Below the pieces are notes generated by a model. It made no database searches and was not told the origin of the DNA. It saw only the letters and a program-made list of their open reading frames with translations. DNA of 63,898 nucleotides, counting the filler, from Phoronis australis (Eukaryota; Animalia; Phoronida): the NCBI GenBank assembly GCA_002633005.1. It is 7 parts of 7 records of this genome, joined end to end, with 100 filler letters (N's around TTAATTAATTAA, not from the genome) between each part and the next. Parts side by side here need not be neighbours in the genome. Positions count along the whole stretch, not along the records: positions 1 to 22,682 come from NMRA01000820.1; positions 22,783 to 27,910 come from NMRA01001483.1; 5 more parts are not named here. One strand, 5' to 3'. The stretch's first letter is position 1. Every line of letters begins with the position of its first letter. The translations under genes and the position numbers were made by a program. Shown here one piece after another: positions 13,001 to 23,798 of this stretch.

Positions 13001-16000
13001 TAATACCAGCAATAAAATCAATACAATTGCCATAAAACACAGTACCATAATTACAGAGAGCAATTTACTTACAAGAAAACATGTGTGGCATGCATTGTGC
13101 CTAAGTAACCCATGTAGACATAGTTGAATATGGTGCCAGAGTAGAACTCGTTGCGTCTGATCATGTGGCCCATTTCGCCAGAAAACCGGTTGAAGTCATC
13201 GTCCAGATCCTTCAGCTCACCATCCACATCAATCTGCTTAACGATCTTCTGCATATCTGTCTTTAAAAGGTACCGTGAGCGGCGCCATCTGTCACTAGCT
13301 TCTTCAGCGGCATCAGCAAACATTGTTCCTTCAGGAGAGTACACCTTCTCCTTAATAGCGTAGTAACCATCCTGAAATTAGAATGACAATTTTGGTGACA
13401 ATGATATTGAAAACATAACCAACGAAAAAGAGGACAAGTGTTGGTCAATTAATCAATTAACGTAGGAAAATATGAAAGTTTCTATTATAGGCAAAGATTG
13501 CCAGATCTGTCAATCACTAATACAAGATGTGTTGCATTACCTTGATGTCAAAGAGAGCAGATGGTCTCCAGTGGATACGGGAGTGCATCAAGCGACTGTT
13601 GTTGAGGCGAGCTGTGAACAGACCTTCAGTCACCTTGTTGCTGTTGTGTATGCGGTAGACTTCAGCAGTGACAGCAGAGTCGTTGTTAAACTTGGCATAG
13701 GCATGCAGCTGGTTCACTGGGTTCTCTGTATCAATTATAAAGTGTGAATGCACTTTAGACACACGTTTCATTGTTCACGTTTCATTTATGTGTATAAATA
13801 TATTCAATTGCAAGGTAAGATAGCATCACATACTTCAAAAGAAGCTTTAAAAGTTCCTACTGGATTAAAACGTCATTGAAAATACGAAGCATTTGGACTT
13901 TCTAATCCGCTCCGGGTAGTCACAACTAAATCTTGTCAATCAATTCCAAAAAGTTTAAATCATGGCCTGCAGGTTGAAAGAGCCCAATACTTACCAGGAT
14001 CATAGTTGACCTTTAGGTCAACCAGTCTCTTCTGCTGGTCAATGTCAAAAGACGATGAGACAGTCTTATCGTTGTAGGTGTTTCTCATCTCCATGTGGAT
14101 GTTCTTGTACTTCTTGTTCGACAGATCTCTCATCTTAGCCCAGTTGTACAAGTTGAACTGAGGACACAACATCTGGAATAAAATGTAAACATTTTTACAC
14201 AAGTTCAAAGATCAGTTTCATGATTTTGAAAATTACAAATTAAAACTTTCATGGGAAATGAAAATTCTCAACTCCAAAAAGATAAAATGACTAACCTGGA
14301 GTTCAACTTCATTGCGGAGCTTGTTGATTTCAGTGCGGAGGAGGAATGACTTCCTCTGGCGAGATCTAGACATGGTGTATCCCATTCCAATGCCAGCAGT
14401 CCAGAATCTGTCAGAGCTACCAAGCTGGGTGGTGGCAGAAATGTCGAGAGAAGATGCGGGATGGGTGATCTCCACCAGCATGGTGTAGTTGGTGCCTCTG
14501 AAGCGAACAGCCTCTTTGCGGAGATTGGTAGAGACAGTGAGTTTCTTGCGACGGTCACCAGAGTAATCAATCTCAGTGTTGGAGCTGTAGATGGTGTTTG
14601 CATCACCAATGTTCACCTCATTCTGGATAGTAATGTCAGGTCTCAGGTTGGGATGCTGGATGACCAACTCTTGCTTCATAGTGTTGCCAAAACGTTCGTG
14701 TTTGCCCTTAAGTGTGACTTTTTTGCTTTCATCCTTGTCAGCGTTCCAGAAGAAGCTGGATTCCATTTTGACTCCGCGCCGACTGATGGTAGACTGGATG
14801 GTGTGCTTGACTGATCGCCATGGTGACACCAGCTTATTAGATACTTCCAAATTATAGCGGGTCCTGACCACAGAGAGTTCGTGGGCAACCTTCTTGTCCC
14901 GGGCATCGTCCCAACAGTAAACAATATTGTGCTGGATGAGCTCTGGGGAGACCACAATCTTGTGCTCAACGATTACGGTACGTCGTGAGGTGATCACTTT
15001 CACCATGGTGTCACGCTTGATCTGACCCACTTTACCCTGGTTGTTTGTATCCAGAGTGAGACGAACATTGCTGTCGCGACGTTCGGTGTCCCAGTTGAAG
15101 GCAATCTCACCAGCAACCTTACCACCATCAATGCTTCCGCTGCCTTCAGCCTTCATTGGAAGTGGCTTGCTCATCTCTATGGATCCACGGTGCTCATTTC
15201 TACCATTGCGGTAGTTAGCAGTGACATCGACGTAGTCAATGCCTTTAACACTGGTCCTGACTCTTGTGTTTACTGAGCGCTTCCACATGTGGCTGTGATC
15301 TAGTTTCCAGGACAAGCTCAAATCACGGCGGTGAGTGTTGGTGGCAGTAATGTAGAACTTGACATCCTTGCGACTGAAAAATTCTCCACTGTTCTGGAAG
15401 GTAGTTTCAATGTTCGCACTCTTGCCATGAGCCCAAGTGAAAACACCAGAGGATTGGTACTCTTCACCATTCAAACGGTTCTTGAGGATCACCTGCAGGT
15501 TCTCGAACTTCTCGAACGGAGTGTTCAGGGTAAAGGTTCCCTCAGAAGCAACTCTAGCGTCACGGTTCTTCACAACAGCAGAGGCAGTAATCTTCTTTCC
15601 ACGGGCATACGAAAGCTCAGCATTGGTCTTAAAGGCTGAGAGATCACCATCGTGGGTAACCTCGGCGCTCAACTGTTCGAAATATTTGTATGGGCTTGAG
15701 AACTGGATGTTGGCCAGTAGGCGTGTCTCAGCCAGGCTGAATGTAGTTGAGGCGCTGATGGTGTCCCGTGGAGAGTACTTCACTACAGCACTGGTGGAGA
15801 CTGATCTCCATGAATATCCCTTGTGGACAATGTTGATGGAGATGTCCTCGAAATTCTCGAAGGGAGTTTTCAAAGATGCTGTGGTCGAGATGGTGTTCTT
15901 CATGGCGAAAGTGAGATCAGCCTCAATGGTCTTGTCCTTCGCATAAGTGACATCAACATGGCTAGTGAAATCCTTGGGCTGTCCTCTGTAATTGAAGTTT

Positions 16001-19000
16001 GCAGTGAAGTCTTCCCAATAAGGGCTCGTATGAGCATAGGTAACCTCAATGCTCTCGTCTTCCTGTTTGAAGGTGACATCATTGACAATAGACTGTCCAC
16101 GGTAATAGTTGATGACAGTGTGTTTGCGGAAGTTCTTAGAGATGCCCTCCAAGTTCATGTTGTAGGAGAGCTCTTCAAAGTTCTCATGCGGTGTCTTCAC
16201 AGTTACAATGGTCTTCTTAGTCAGCTCATCGGCCAAGTTGTTCTCCACATCTAACTCATACTTGTATGTGGGGATGTAGACATCAGCATGAGCGACAAAG
16301 TTGAGTGGGTAGCCATTGTAGGTCACCTTGCCGCCCATCTCCTCATAGTCACGGAATGGTGTTTTGATGACAACAGAGGAGTCCAGTTTGTAGTTCTTGC
16401 TGCCATACTGATAGCTGTAACCGACATCAGCTTCGACCTTCTTGCCAGTCTGGTAGGTTACCTCGGCGTGTCCGTCCTTCTTATCGAATTTGTAGGCGGC
16501 ACCCACTTGTTCGTAGTCAGAGTATGGAGTCTTGAGAGTGGCAGTTACGTCTTTCCAGGTAGGATATTCAACCTTGAGATCCAGTTTTTGATTGCGGTTG
16601 TAGACAACATCAGCTTCCAGCTGCCTGTCCTTCACTTTGAAGGATGCCGACTGCCGTCGGAAGTTTTCGAACGGTGAACGCACAGTCACCTCACCGGTTG
16701 TGACTCTCTTGTTGTGTTTGAAGAGCACATCAAAGTCAGCACGATTGCGGGAATACTGCACGTTGCCCTTGGTTCTGAAATTGTTGAGACGGCCATTGTG
16801 ACTGAATCCAGCGACAATCTGTTCTATGCCCTCAAACGGTGTCTTCACAGTCATTGATGCCTTGATGTCCTTTGTCATGTCGAAAGAGACATCACCCCCA
16901 ATCTTAGTTTTGGGAGCATACGTTACCTCCGCCTTGGAATTGAAATTCTTCAGTTCGCCACTGTGACTGAAAGATGCCTCAATGTTTTCAAAGTTTTCAA
17001 AGGGGCTGGTGAACTTCAGGGAACCCTCAACATCGCCTAACTTGCTGAATGTTATTTCAGCATTCACTTTCTCTGGATAAGTCACTTCAGCGGTGGTCTT
17101 AAAGTTGTCCATCTTGCCAGAGTGCTTGAATGAAGCTGTGATGTCTTCAAAGTTTTCAAATGGACTCTTAAACGTTGCATCAATGCTTAAGTCACGGCGA
17201 ATGTCAATAGTGTGCGAGAGTTGGATCTTCTTGCCTCTAGCATAACCAATGTCATATTGGCAAGTGAAGCGTCGGCTCCAGTCTCCATTATGCTTGTATG
17301 TCAGATCAATGTCTTCGAAATATTCGAATGGAGTATTGAGACTGAACGAAGCATCCAGTTTCCTGCTGTCCTTTCCAGAGAAACTGACTACAGTGTCGAT
17401 CTTCTTGTTGCCACCATATACAATGTTGGCAGATGACTGGAAGTCCTTCATCTCACCTTTGTGGCTAAACGACAGGCGCGTCTTCTCCCAATCTTCGAAA
17501 GGGGTTTTGATGGTGGCAGAACCGCTCATTTCATTGTCATTGTTGAAGGTGATGTCAGCAGACAACTTCTGGCCAAGCATGTATTCAGCATCGTAATGGC
17601 AGGTGAAACCACTGAGATCCCCATTGTGGTTGAAGTTAAATTTCGTGGCCTCAAGGTTCTCGAATGGAGTGGTGAGCGAAATGGCACCATTGAAGTCAGT
17701 CATGTCCTTCACAGTCATGTCGCTATTCAGCTTGATCTCCTGACGGCCTGGCCAGTTGAAGTTGGCATTGGTCACCATGCGGTCACGGCGGCTCTTATGC
17801 GTCAGCGAGGTAGAGTACTCGTTGTAATCTTCGTATGGAGTGGTAATGGTTGCCTTTGCTTCAAAATCATCACCAGTAGTGAGGGAAACATCGGAGGTGA
17901 ACTTGCCAAGACGTGGCTGGCTCTCGAACTCCATCTTGTTGGTAAAGGCATAGATGTCACCACTGTGGTCTAAGTTAAAGATGATGGTTTTCACTTCTGG
18001 ACATGGGATCTTGAAATCGAGGTTGACTTCATACTTGCTGTTAAAATTGAGCTCAGAGCTCAGGTCAAATTTCTTACCAGGAGCGTATTGGAATGTGGCA
18101 CCTGATTTAAACATGTTGTCCCCTTTGTCCTCATGACGAGCAGTCAGCATGAAGCGCTCAAATTTCTTGAAAGGTGTTGTGAGGCGCAGATCACCGTTGA
18201 AGCCATCTCCAGTCTTGAGGGAGCCATCGAGAGCGACCTTCTTTTGTGGATGCCAGGCTAAGTCAGCATGGATACTCATTGGCTGAGAAGACGTCTGAAA
18301 GTTGACACTCGAGCTAATGTCTTCAATACCTGGGGCCATCAGCTTGAAGTTGGCTGTCAAGTCCTTGACATTGTTGTTATGGAGATCTGTGATGATAGAG
18401 AGGGTGACGAATTGACTTTCTGCTAAAGTGACATCCAAGTTTGAGTTGATCTGACGAGAGTCTTGCATGTGTGTAAGCTTGGCTGTGACATCTCTCACAA
18501 GCTCGAAAGGAGTCTTGAGGTTTACCTCGCCTTCGATGCTTGGGCGACGTGGGGAGCTCTTGTCGGTACCAGAGACAGTGATTTCAAAGTTGCGAGCATC
18601 GGCCTTGGCCTGGGCATGAGCCTCAAGGGTCTTGCCTTGAAGGTTGTGGTTCCAAACAAATGTGAGTGTGTTCAGCTCATCAAATGGTGTGTTGACAGTC
18701 AGACTAGATTGGATGTTGGACTTTGAAGGATATTCGACATCCAGGTTACCACCAATCTTCTTGTCCTTGGCCCAAGCGAAAGTACCACCAGAGGAGTATG
18801 TGGTGCCTCTCGCTCTGTGCTTGAAATCCAGTGACAAATTCTCAATGTTCTTGATGGTGCTGGTCAGGCCAAACTCACCCTTGACAAATGGTCCAGAGGT
18901 GTACTGCTTAAAATTAAACTCACCGGTACCTGAGATCTTTTCCTGGTTCCACTGGGCAGATACGGTGGACTTGTCACCAGAGTTGAAGTCGAGATCAAAG

Positions 19001-22000
19001 CTGCCAACATGATCAGGGTGATTGAGTCGGAGATTGGCGACGTGCTTGTAAACTGATTTGTCGCTGTTGTCATTGTAACTACCAGTGATTGTCATTTTCT
19101 TGCTAGCATCGCGTCCAGCATCCCAACTCATGGACATCTGACCACGGACAGCTGAGGGAAAGTTGCCGCTGAGGTTCAAGTCACTTTCAATACGCCTTGT
19201 TGGGTGAACTAAGTTCAATTCGCCAGTCACTTCACGGGAGTTCTTATTCATCTTGCCCTCAGCTGAATAGACCTTACCCATCAAATTGGCAGACAGGAGT
19301 ACAGACTTGTGTGTATCCTTATTAACAAGACGAGTCTCGGCAGAGTACGTGTCTCCATGCATATTGAGATTACCCGTAGCAGTGACCAGACGAGGGTTGA
19401 AGGTGTACAAGCCATCAGCAGTGTACTTTTTGTCAGGCATCTGGAGTTCACTGGAGGCAGACCATCCCTCAGGCTGCTTCATCAGTTTGGCTTCGGTGGA
19501 GTAGGTCTTGCCACGGAATTTGGCAGAGCCAGAAGCATCGAAGTTCTTCAAGTCCAGAGTGGTACTGCCACTGACGGAAATCTCATCCTCATTGGGGATC
19601 TGCAGGTTCGTGGAGAAAGTGTGCTTCTTCTCCTCAGGCTGAGAGTAGCTCGTCTCCATACCGTAGTTTTTGCCCTGGTAGCTGACAGACACGTCATGGC
19701 TGAATGCCTTGGCAGCAGTTTGTTCGAACTTCTCGTCGAAGCTGAGCCTGAGCTTGCCAGCCTCCAGGTTTCCGTTGGCTGTGTATTTCTTCAATCGTCG
19801 TGTGCTCTCATCCTTCAAGTTGAAGCTGCTGTCAAGTTTCTTGTTGTTCCAGCGGCCGGTAAGCGTCATCTCATGGTCCAGCAAGCTCTTAATGTTGTAC
19901 GACAGGTCATAGTTAGTGAGTAGATCCTGAAAAAATGAAAGTTACACAGGACTTAATATGCAAGTGACAAATACTTTTTTATTTTTCTTAAAATGTCAAC
20001 CTTTGGGATGTCACAAATACAATTTCGTTTGTTACAGTGTCAGATAAATAGATTTCAAAAACACATTTGTGTGTTTGCAGTTGCACTTGAGAAAATGTCA
20101 TTAAATCATGTTGATGATATCTGTAGATACGGGTTGTCAGATGTTCATTGCTATCTTGCTGAGAAATGTTCATTGCGCACAGGATTGAACATTCGTTTTA
20201 GTCACACCGTAAATCAAGGATACCAACCTTGCCTGGGAATTTCAACTTGCTCTTGGACTCCAGCTTCATTGGCAACTTTGTACCAAAGTCTGTGCTATGT
20301 TTGATAAAGATATTCTTGCTCTTGTCCCTGAAGTCGGCACCATAGTTCAAGTCAATCTCAAAATCGACATGCTTTTTGTTGTAGTTCAACTCCATGGCCA
20401 GCTGATGATTGTAGTCAGTGTAGGCGTCGATGGTCGTCAGGCTATAACAGAGAGAAAAGCCATTAATATGGCAGAAAATGAAAGTGATTCAAACTTATGG
20501 TTCCATGAGCTACCTAGGCACGACAAGAGAACAAAGTTATAGAGACGTAACAATTAGCTTCATGACAGAAACAAGGATACCCAAAAATTATACATCCTTC
20601 ACTGAAGGCACTTTGACTTTCATTACATTAACCTCTCATGACAAAACCAGACAAGTCAGTCATAATAGTTATGGGGTTGCTGGTAGCACTCGGGAATTCT
20701 GGGAAAGAATAAAATGGAAATTTTAATAGACACAACACTAAAAGACGGACCAATTACAACACGAGTAAACATTTATGGATATCTTTTTAATAACTTGCAA
20801 AAATCATCCACACAGAAAGCAAGCCAGTAATATTGTCTTTTCAAGCATATCAAATTGAGGCGCGATGTATGCTACGAATGAATAACTTCAATCGGTCTAC
20901 TTTTGAAGATGACTCACGTGTTGAGAGAGTATGATCCTGTCTTCAGATTCCTAATCTTCTTGCTGAAGACGAAGGTTTGCTTGGGTTTGCCATCACGATT
21001 GTAATCGAGCTGAATGCGAGTGGCCATAGCCTTGTTTGGTTTGAAGTTGAACAGACCAGACACCTTCGAATCAAACAACTGGTTGTTCAGCTCCGCGGAT
21101 CCAATCAACTTTGTATTGCTGGAGCTGATTGATGGCTCAAGATTCACTGTTTGAAAATAAAAAATGTTAAAACCGGAACCTGTAGCATGAATGCTCAAAA
21201 CTAGAATTCACAGAAGCTGTGTATAGTACTCAAATTTCTATGTTGAACCAAGGTGAAGTTCATTCCCGATTCAGTTTCATTAGTATCAAACGATTGGCAA
21301 CTTACAATACAGATATTTAATTTCCACGTCTGCTAATAAATACAAAGCTTACAAGTGAGAGTTCCCACAACACACTACTGCCATGTACTAACTCCCAGTT
21401 CATTATCAATTACAAATGAAACAAGCAACCTGGGTGTCATTGAAATCTTGTATCTGCAGTGCTAACCTTTGAACACAACGGGGCGTTTGAACATCTTGTC
21501 GAGTGTGAGATCGGCAGAGTATTTCTTGTTTCTCTGGTACTGCAGGGAGCCAGACAGTGTGATTGGCTCACGTTCGGGAATGCGCACCTCAACGTTGGGC
21601 GTGAATGTGGTCAGCTTGCTCTTCTGATCCGTCTGCAGCTGGGCTGAAATGTAGTACTCTTTTGCCTCATCAACCGTCATGGTGAGAGTGGCACGCTTCA
21701 GGTCGTCGCGGGTTGTGTAGGCACCTGCACAAAAGAAAAATGGTAACGTAATCTAACAGAAGTGCACATTCACAGTAAACACATGAGAAGACCAACAACA
21801 GCTTATTCAGATGTCTAAATGCATCAACTTAGTACAAGCAGCTTGACAACAACAAAGAAAAGAAAACAAAAAAATTAATTCAAGTATCTCTCCCCTATAC
21901 TCTTAAATACCAGCAAAACTAATTGCTCACAAAGAAGTAGAACTTGGCATGAGAAGGGTAAAAAACATAGAGCATGTTCTATCGCTCACACACCCACCGT

Positions 22001-22431
22001 TCATGTTGACCTTCTTCCAGGGTGAGGTAAGTTCAAACTTGGATGACCAATCAGCCGTGTTCAACTCATATTCGACGGCGATGTTGCGATCAATGCTGGA
22101 TCCTGGGGTGTTGAAACCCATACTAGTCATGTACTTCATGTGGGTCTCACCGCCACGGCGCACCTTCTCTGTCTTGTACTTGGCCTGGAAGTTGTAGCCT
22201 TCCATTGAGTCAGGCTTATGTAGCACAACGCTGACTTTGCTGGGTCCGGTTAGAGGGAAAAATGGGGCACCGCTCTTGCTCAAGGCGTTGGGGAACTGCA
22301 GCTCGCCACACAGCCTGATGCCTAGCGCCCTCTCCAGGTAAGATCCAGTGCATCGCTTCTTCTCAACGCGTGTGCCTGTGATCATCTTCTGTTCACGGTC
22401 CTCTTCTTTGTGAATGATGAAGAACTTGCTC
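6995..22431 (-). CDS. Large lipid transfer protein (apolipophorin / apoLTP / apoB-like), 5'-truncated by the contig end; 17 exons, ~3,396 aa present
   Basis: Manually spliced join on the minus strand: 22431-21998, 21724-21467, 21146-20918, 20441-20228, 19926-14296, 14172-13995, 13725-13541, 13371-13073, 12861-12684, 12337-11882, 11654-11273, 11021-10822, 10363-9616, 9356-8988, 8736-8414, 8053-7988, 7036-6995. All introns are GT-AG with matching phases. Total is 10,192 nt = 1 + 3,397 codons, ending in TAG. Motifs: LGIRLCGELQFPNA..APFFPLTGP (DUF1081-like apolipophorin region), HIATFDHRHYEFKGTCSYILAHD and GWYYGKTAGLFGTYDNE (vWD), Cys-rich C8, ADVVLVVEE..NNRFGLVGFGG (vWA-like). Confidence 0.93.
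7099..7459. mobile_element. Possible old PIF/Harbinger-like MITE in the last LLTP intron
   Basis: Diverged inverted ends (TCCACACACAGAC / GGCTGTTTGTGGA), TAA on both flanks, internal GTGTGAAC motifs. Confidence 0.4.
7988..8053 (-). CDS. LLTP penultimate small exon (66 bp)
   Basis: tttAG acceptor and GTaagt donor, phase 0-0; KIMRSKIEEIGDESKSKPRASS. Confidence 0.7.
8414..8736 (-). CDS. LLTP exon (Cys-rich C-terminus)
   Basis: tgcAG acceptor and GTaagt donor; GIDANKVY...DLCVALAHETNGSVF...CQICQC...ICRSC. Confidence 0.9.
8988..9356 (-). CDS. LLTP exon (vWA-like C-terminal domain)
   Basis: tgcAG acceptor and GTcagt donor; NNRFGLVGFGG...YPFRAGVAKVIVTLPCSAC. Confidence 0.9.
9616..10363 (-). CDS. 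LLTP exon: rest of vWD, C8, and start of vWA-like domain
   Basis: tacAG acceptor and GTggg donor; VTCDNVHDVCTVNMTGWYYGKTAGLFGTYDNE, SLRSCFKVVDP..YYNMC, SADVVLVVEEKSC. Confidence 0.92.
10822..11021 (-). CDS. LLTP exon, start of vWD domain (not shown in its correct frame in the ORF track)
   Basis: caacAG acceptor and GTgagt donor; AHATIAGQHIATFDHRHYEFKGTCSYILAHDFIDGNFTILVNY...LLPDFT. Confidence 0.92.
11273..11654 (-). CDS. LLTP exon
   Basis: ctcAG acceptor and GTaag donor; GKWAYQNYEIE...YMNWIPPFK, the typical motif just before vWD. Confidence 0.9.
11882..12337 (-). CDS. LLTP exon (amphipathic helical region)
   Basis: ttaAG acceptor and GTaagc donor; VLKEKTALMMEE...NIAVEH. Confidence 0.87.
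12684..12861 (-). CDS. LLTP exon (amphipathic helical region)
   Basis: ttcAG acceptor and GTaag donor; MDLDKFMGQMQQRIQEY...EAMG. Confidence 0.87.
13073..13371 (-). CDS. LLTP exon
   Basis: ttcAG acceptor and GTaagt donor; DGYYAIKEKVYSP...MIRRNEFY...HVF. Confidence 0.88.
13541..13725 (-). CDS. LLTP exon
   Basis: tacAG acceptor and GTaatg donor; ENPVNQLHAYAKF...RLMHSRIHWRPSALFDIK. Confidence 0.88.
13995..14172 (-). CDS. LLTP exon
   Basis: ttccAG acceptor and GTaag donor; MLCPQFNLYNWAK...VNYDP. Confidence 0.88.
14296..19926 (-). CDS. LLTP giant exon (5,631 bp, 1,877 codons; amphipathic beta-strand repeats)
   Basis: Uninterrupted ORF bounded by tttcAG (19927) and GTtag (14295); about 20 [TS]P[FY]ExFE-like motifs at roughly 50-aa spacing. 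Confidence 0.95.
20228..20441 (-). CDS. LLTP exon
   Basis: ttatAG acceptor and GTtggt donor; LTTIDAYTDYNHQLAMELNY...KLKFPGK. Confidence 0.88.
20918..21146 (-). CDS. LLTP exon
   Basis: aacAG acceptor and GTgagt donor; VNLEPSISSS...GSYSLNT. Confidence 0.88.
21467..21724 (-). CDS. LLTP exon
   Basis: tgcAG acceptor and GTtagc donor; GAYTTRDDLKRATLTMTVDEAKEYY...PVVFK, in phase with both neighbours. Confidence 0.88.
21998..22431 (-). CDS. LLTP exon (DUF1081-like region)
   Basis: ttttccAG acceptor and GTgggt donor; encodes CTGSYLERALGIRLCGELQFPNALSKSGAPFFPLTGPSKVSVVLHK. Confidence 0.9.
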
Positions 22432-22682
22432 CTGGAAAACAAAAGGTTAACATTGGAAAGACAAACGCCATATAAAATTCTTGGTCAGCAAGATGAGGCA
22501 AAAACAATATTTACTTTTGTAGCTGTACTATGTATGATTATAAAAAAGTAAAACAAAAGAAGACGGTATTCGGCTAGTTTACACGAAACTTGAACAAGAT
22601 TGGGCTTGGTAGCAGGTAAATGCCCTTGAATCACCAGTGGTAATATACAAAACTAGATTACAGTCATGGGTTGATAGGTGGC

Positions 22683-22782
22683 NNNNNNNNNNNNNNNNNN
22701 NNNNNNNNNNNNNNNNNNNNNNNNNNTTAATTAATTAANNNNNNNNNNNNNNNNNNNNNNNNNNNNNNNNNNNNNNNNNNNN
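22683..22782. other. Artificial contig-joining linker
   Basis: 44 N + TTAATTAATTAA (stop codons in all six frames) + 44 N. Confidence 0.98.
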
Positions 22783-23651
22783 CCACAACTGAGCTAAATC
22801 AACCCAATAGGAAACCAGTTCCAAAGTATTCAACATAAAACCAACTTCGTCATGGGAATCCTATGATACGCCCAAACCTCAAGATTGTAAATTTCTTTTC
22901 CCTTGTCAACCCACATCTTGGAGGACCTTCATTCCTTTAATACTCTCTTTATTGGAAGAATTTACAAGTCTCGTCTTTCAACGGTACAAGCCCCAAATAT
23001 TTGGAGAATTTACAGCTGAAAGATATTTTACGCAGCGATAAAAAATCCAGAGTGCTTGTACATTCTACATCCACTCTAAAATTCGAGGTCCATATTTTTT
23101 CTTTGTGCTATTCCTTTGAACCCCTTTTCTTTTAAATTGTCTCTGTACGGATTTATGCAGCTAGATAATAGTAAGCAGGGTGTGGGAGGCCTTTCTTAAT
23201 GTAGAGAAATTATTACTGATCATTGTCGAACGATGGAAATGACTTTATTCTCCTGTAAACACAACTCACTCAACAGCATTATTCACCTTTCTGCGAATGG
23301 AGATATACCTGAGAGGCCAACGTATCGCGGATGACCGAAAATAACATATAGACAAAGTTTAGTGATTTACAATCGCACGCCTCTGTTTTCGTCTCTCCGC
23401 AAATGGATTTCGCAACATACTAGCAGATATGTCTGCAAGGCTATCCGGATAATATTGACACGTCTTTGTATTTTGGGGAGATTTTTAGCAATCCCAGGTA
23501 ACCGAGGTTTTGTTTTACCCGAAACTTTGTTAGAGCCATAAAACGGGGAATTTAAGATGTACGTGTCTGTATTCCAACGGTACGATGATGTCACATAGAG
23601 AGTGGACCTTGCACTAAATCACAAACTAGATAAGACTATGCATGCATGGAA

Positions 23652-23798
23652 CCTACAATTAATGAAACACACACTTAACGGATTATATCTTGGTTTCGCA
23701 TCCTACAATTAATGAAACACACACTTAACGGATTATATCTTGGTTTCACATCCTACAATTAATGAAACACACACTTAACGGATTATATCTTGGTTTTG
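23652..23798. repeat. Tandem repeat, 50-bp unit x3
   Basis: Unit CCTACAATTAATGAAACACACACTTAACGGATTATATCTTGGTTTC... Confidence 0.9.

Noticed and set aside
14461-19923. Many plus-strand ORFs of 60-204 aa overlapping the giant exon
   Set aside because: They are antisense shadows of the codon-biased minus-strand exon and have no recognisable motifs.
22727-22738. Recurrent TTAATTAATTAA motif as a biological site
   Set aside because: It always sits at the exact centre of identical N blocks, so it is a synthetic linker.
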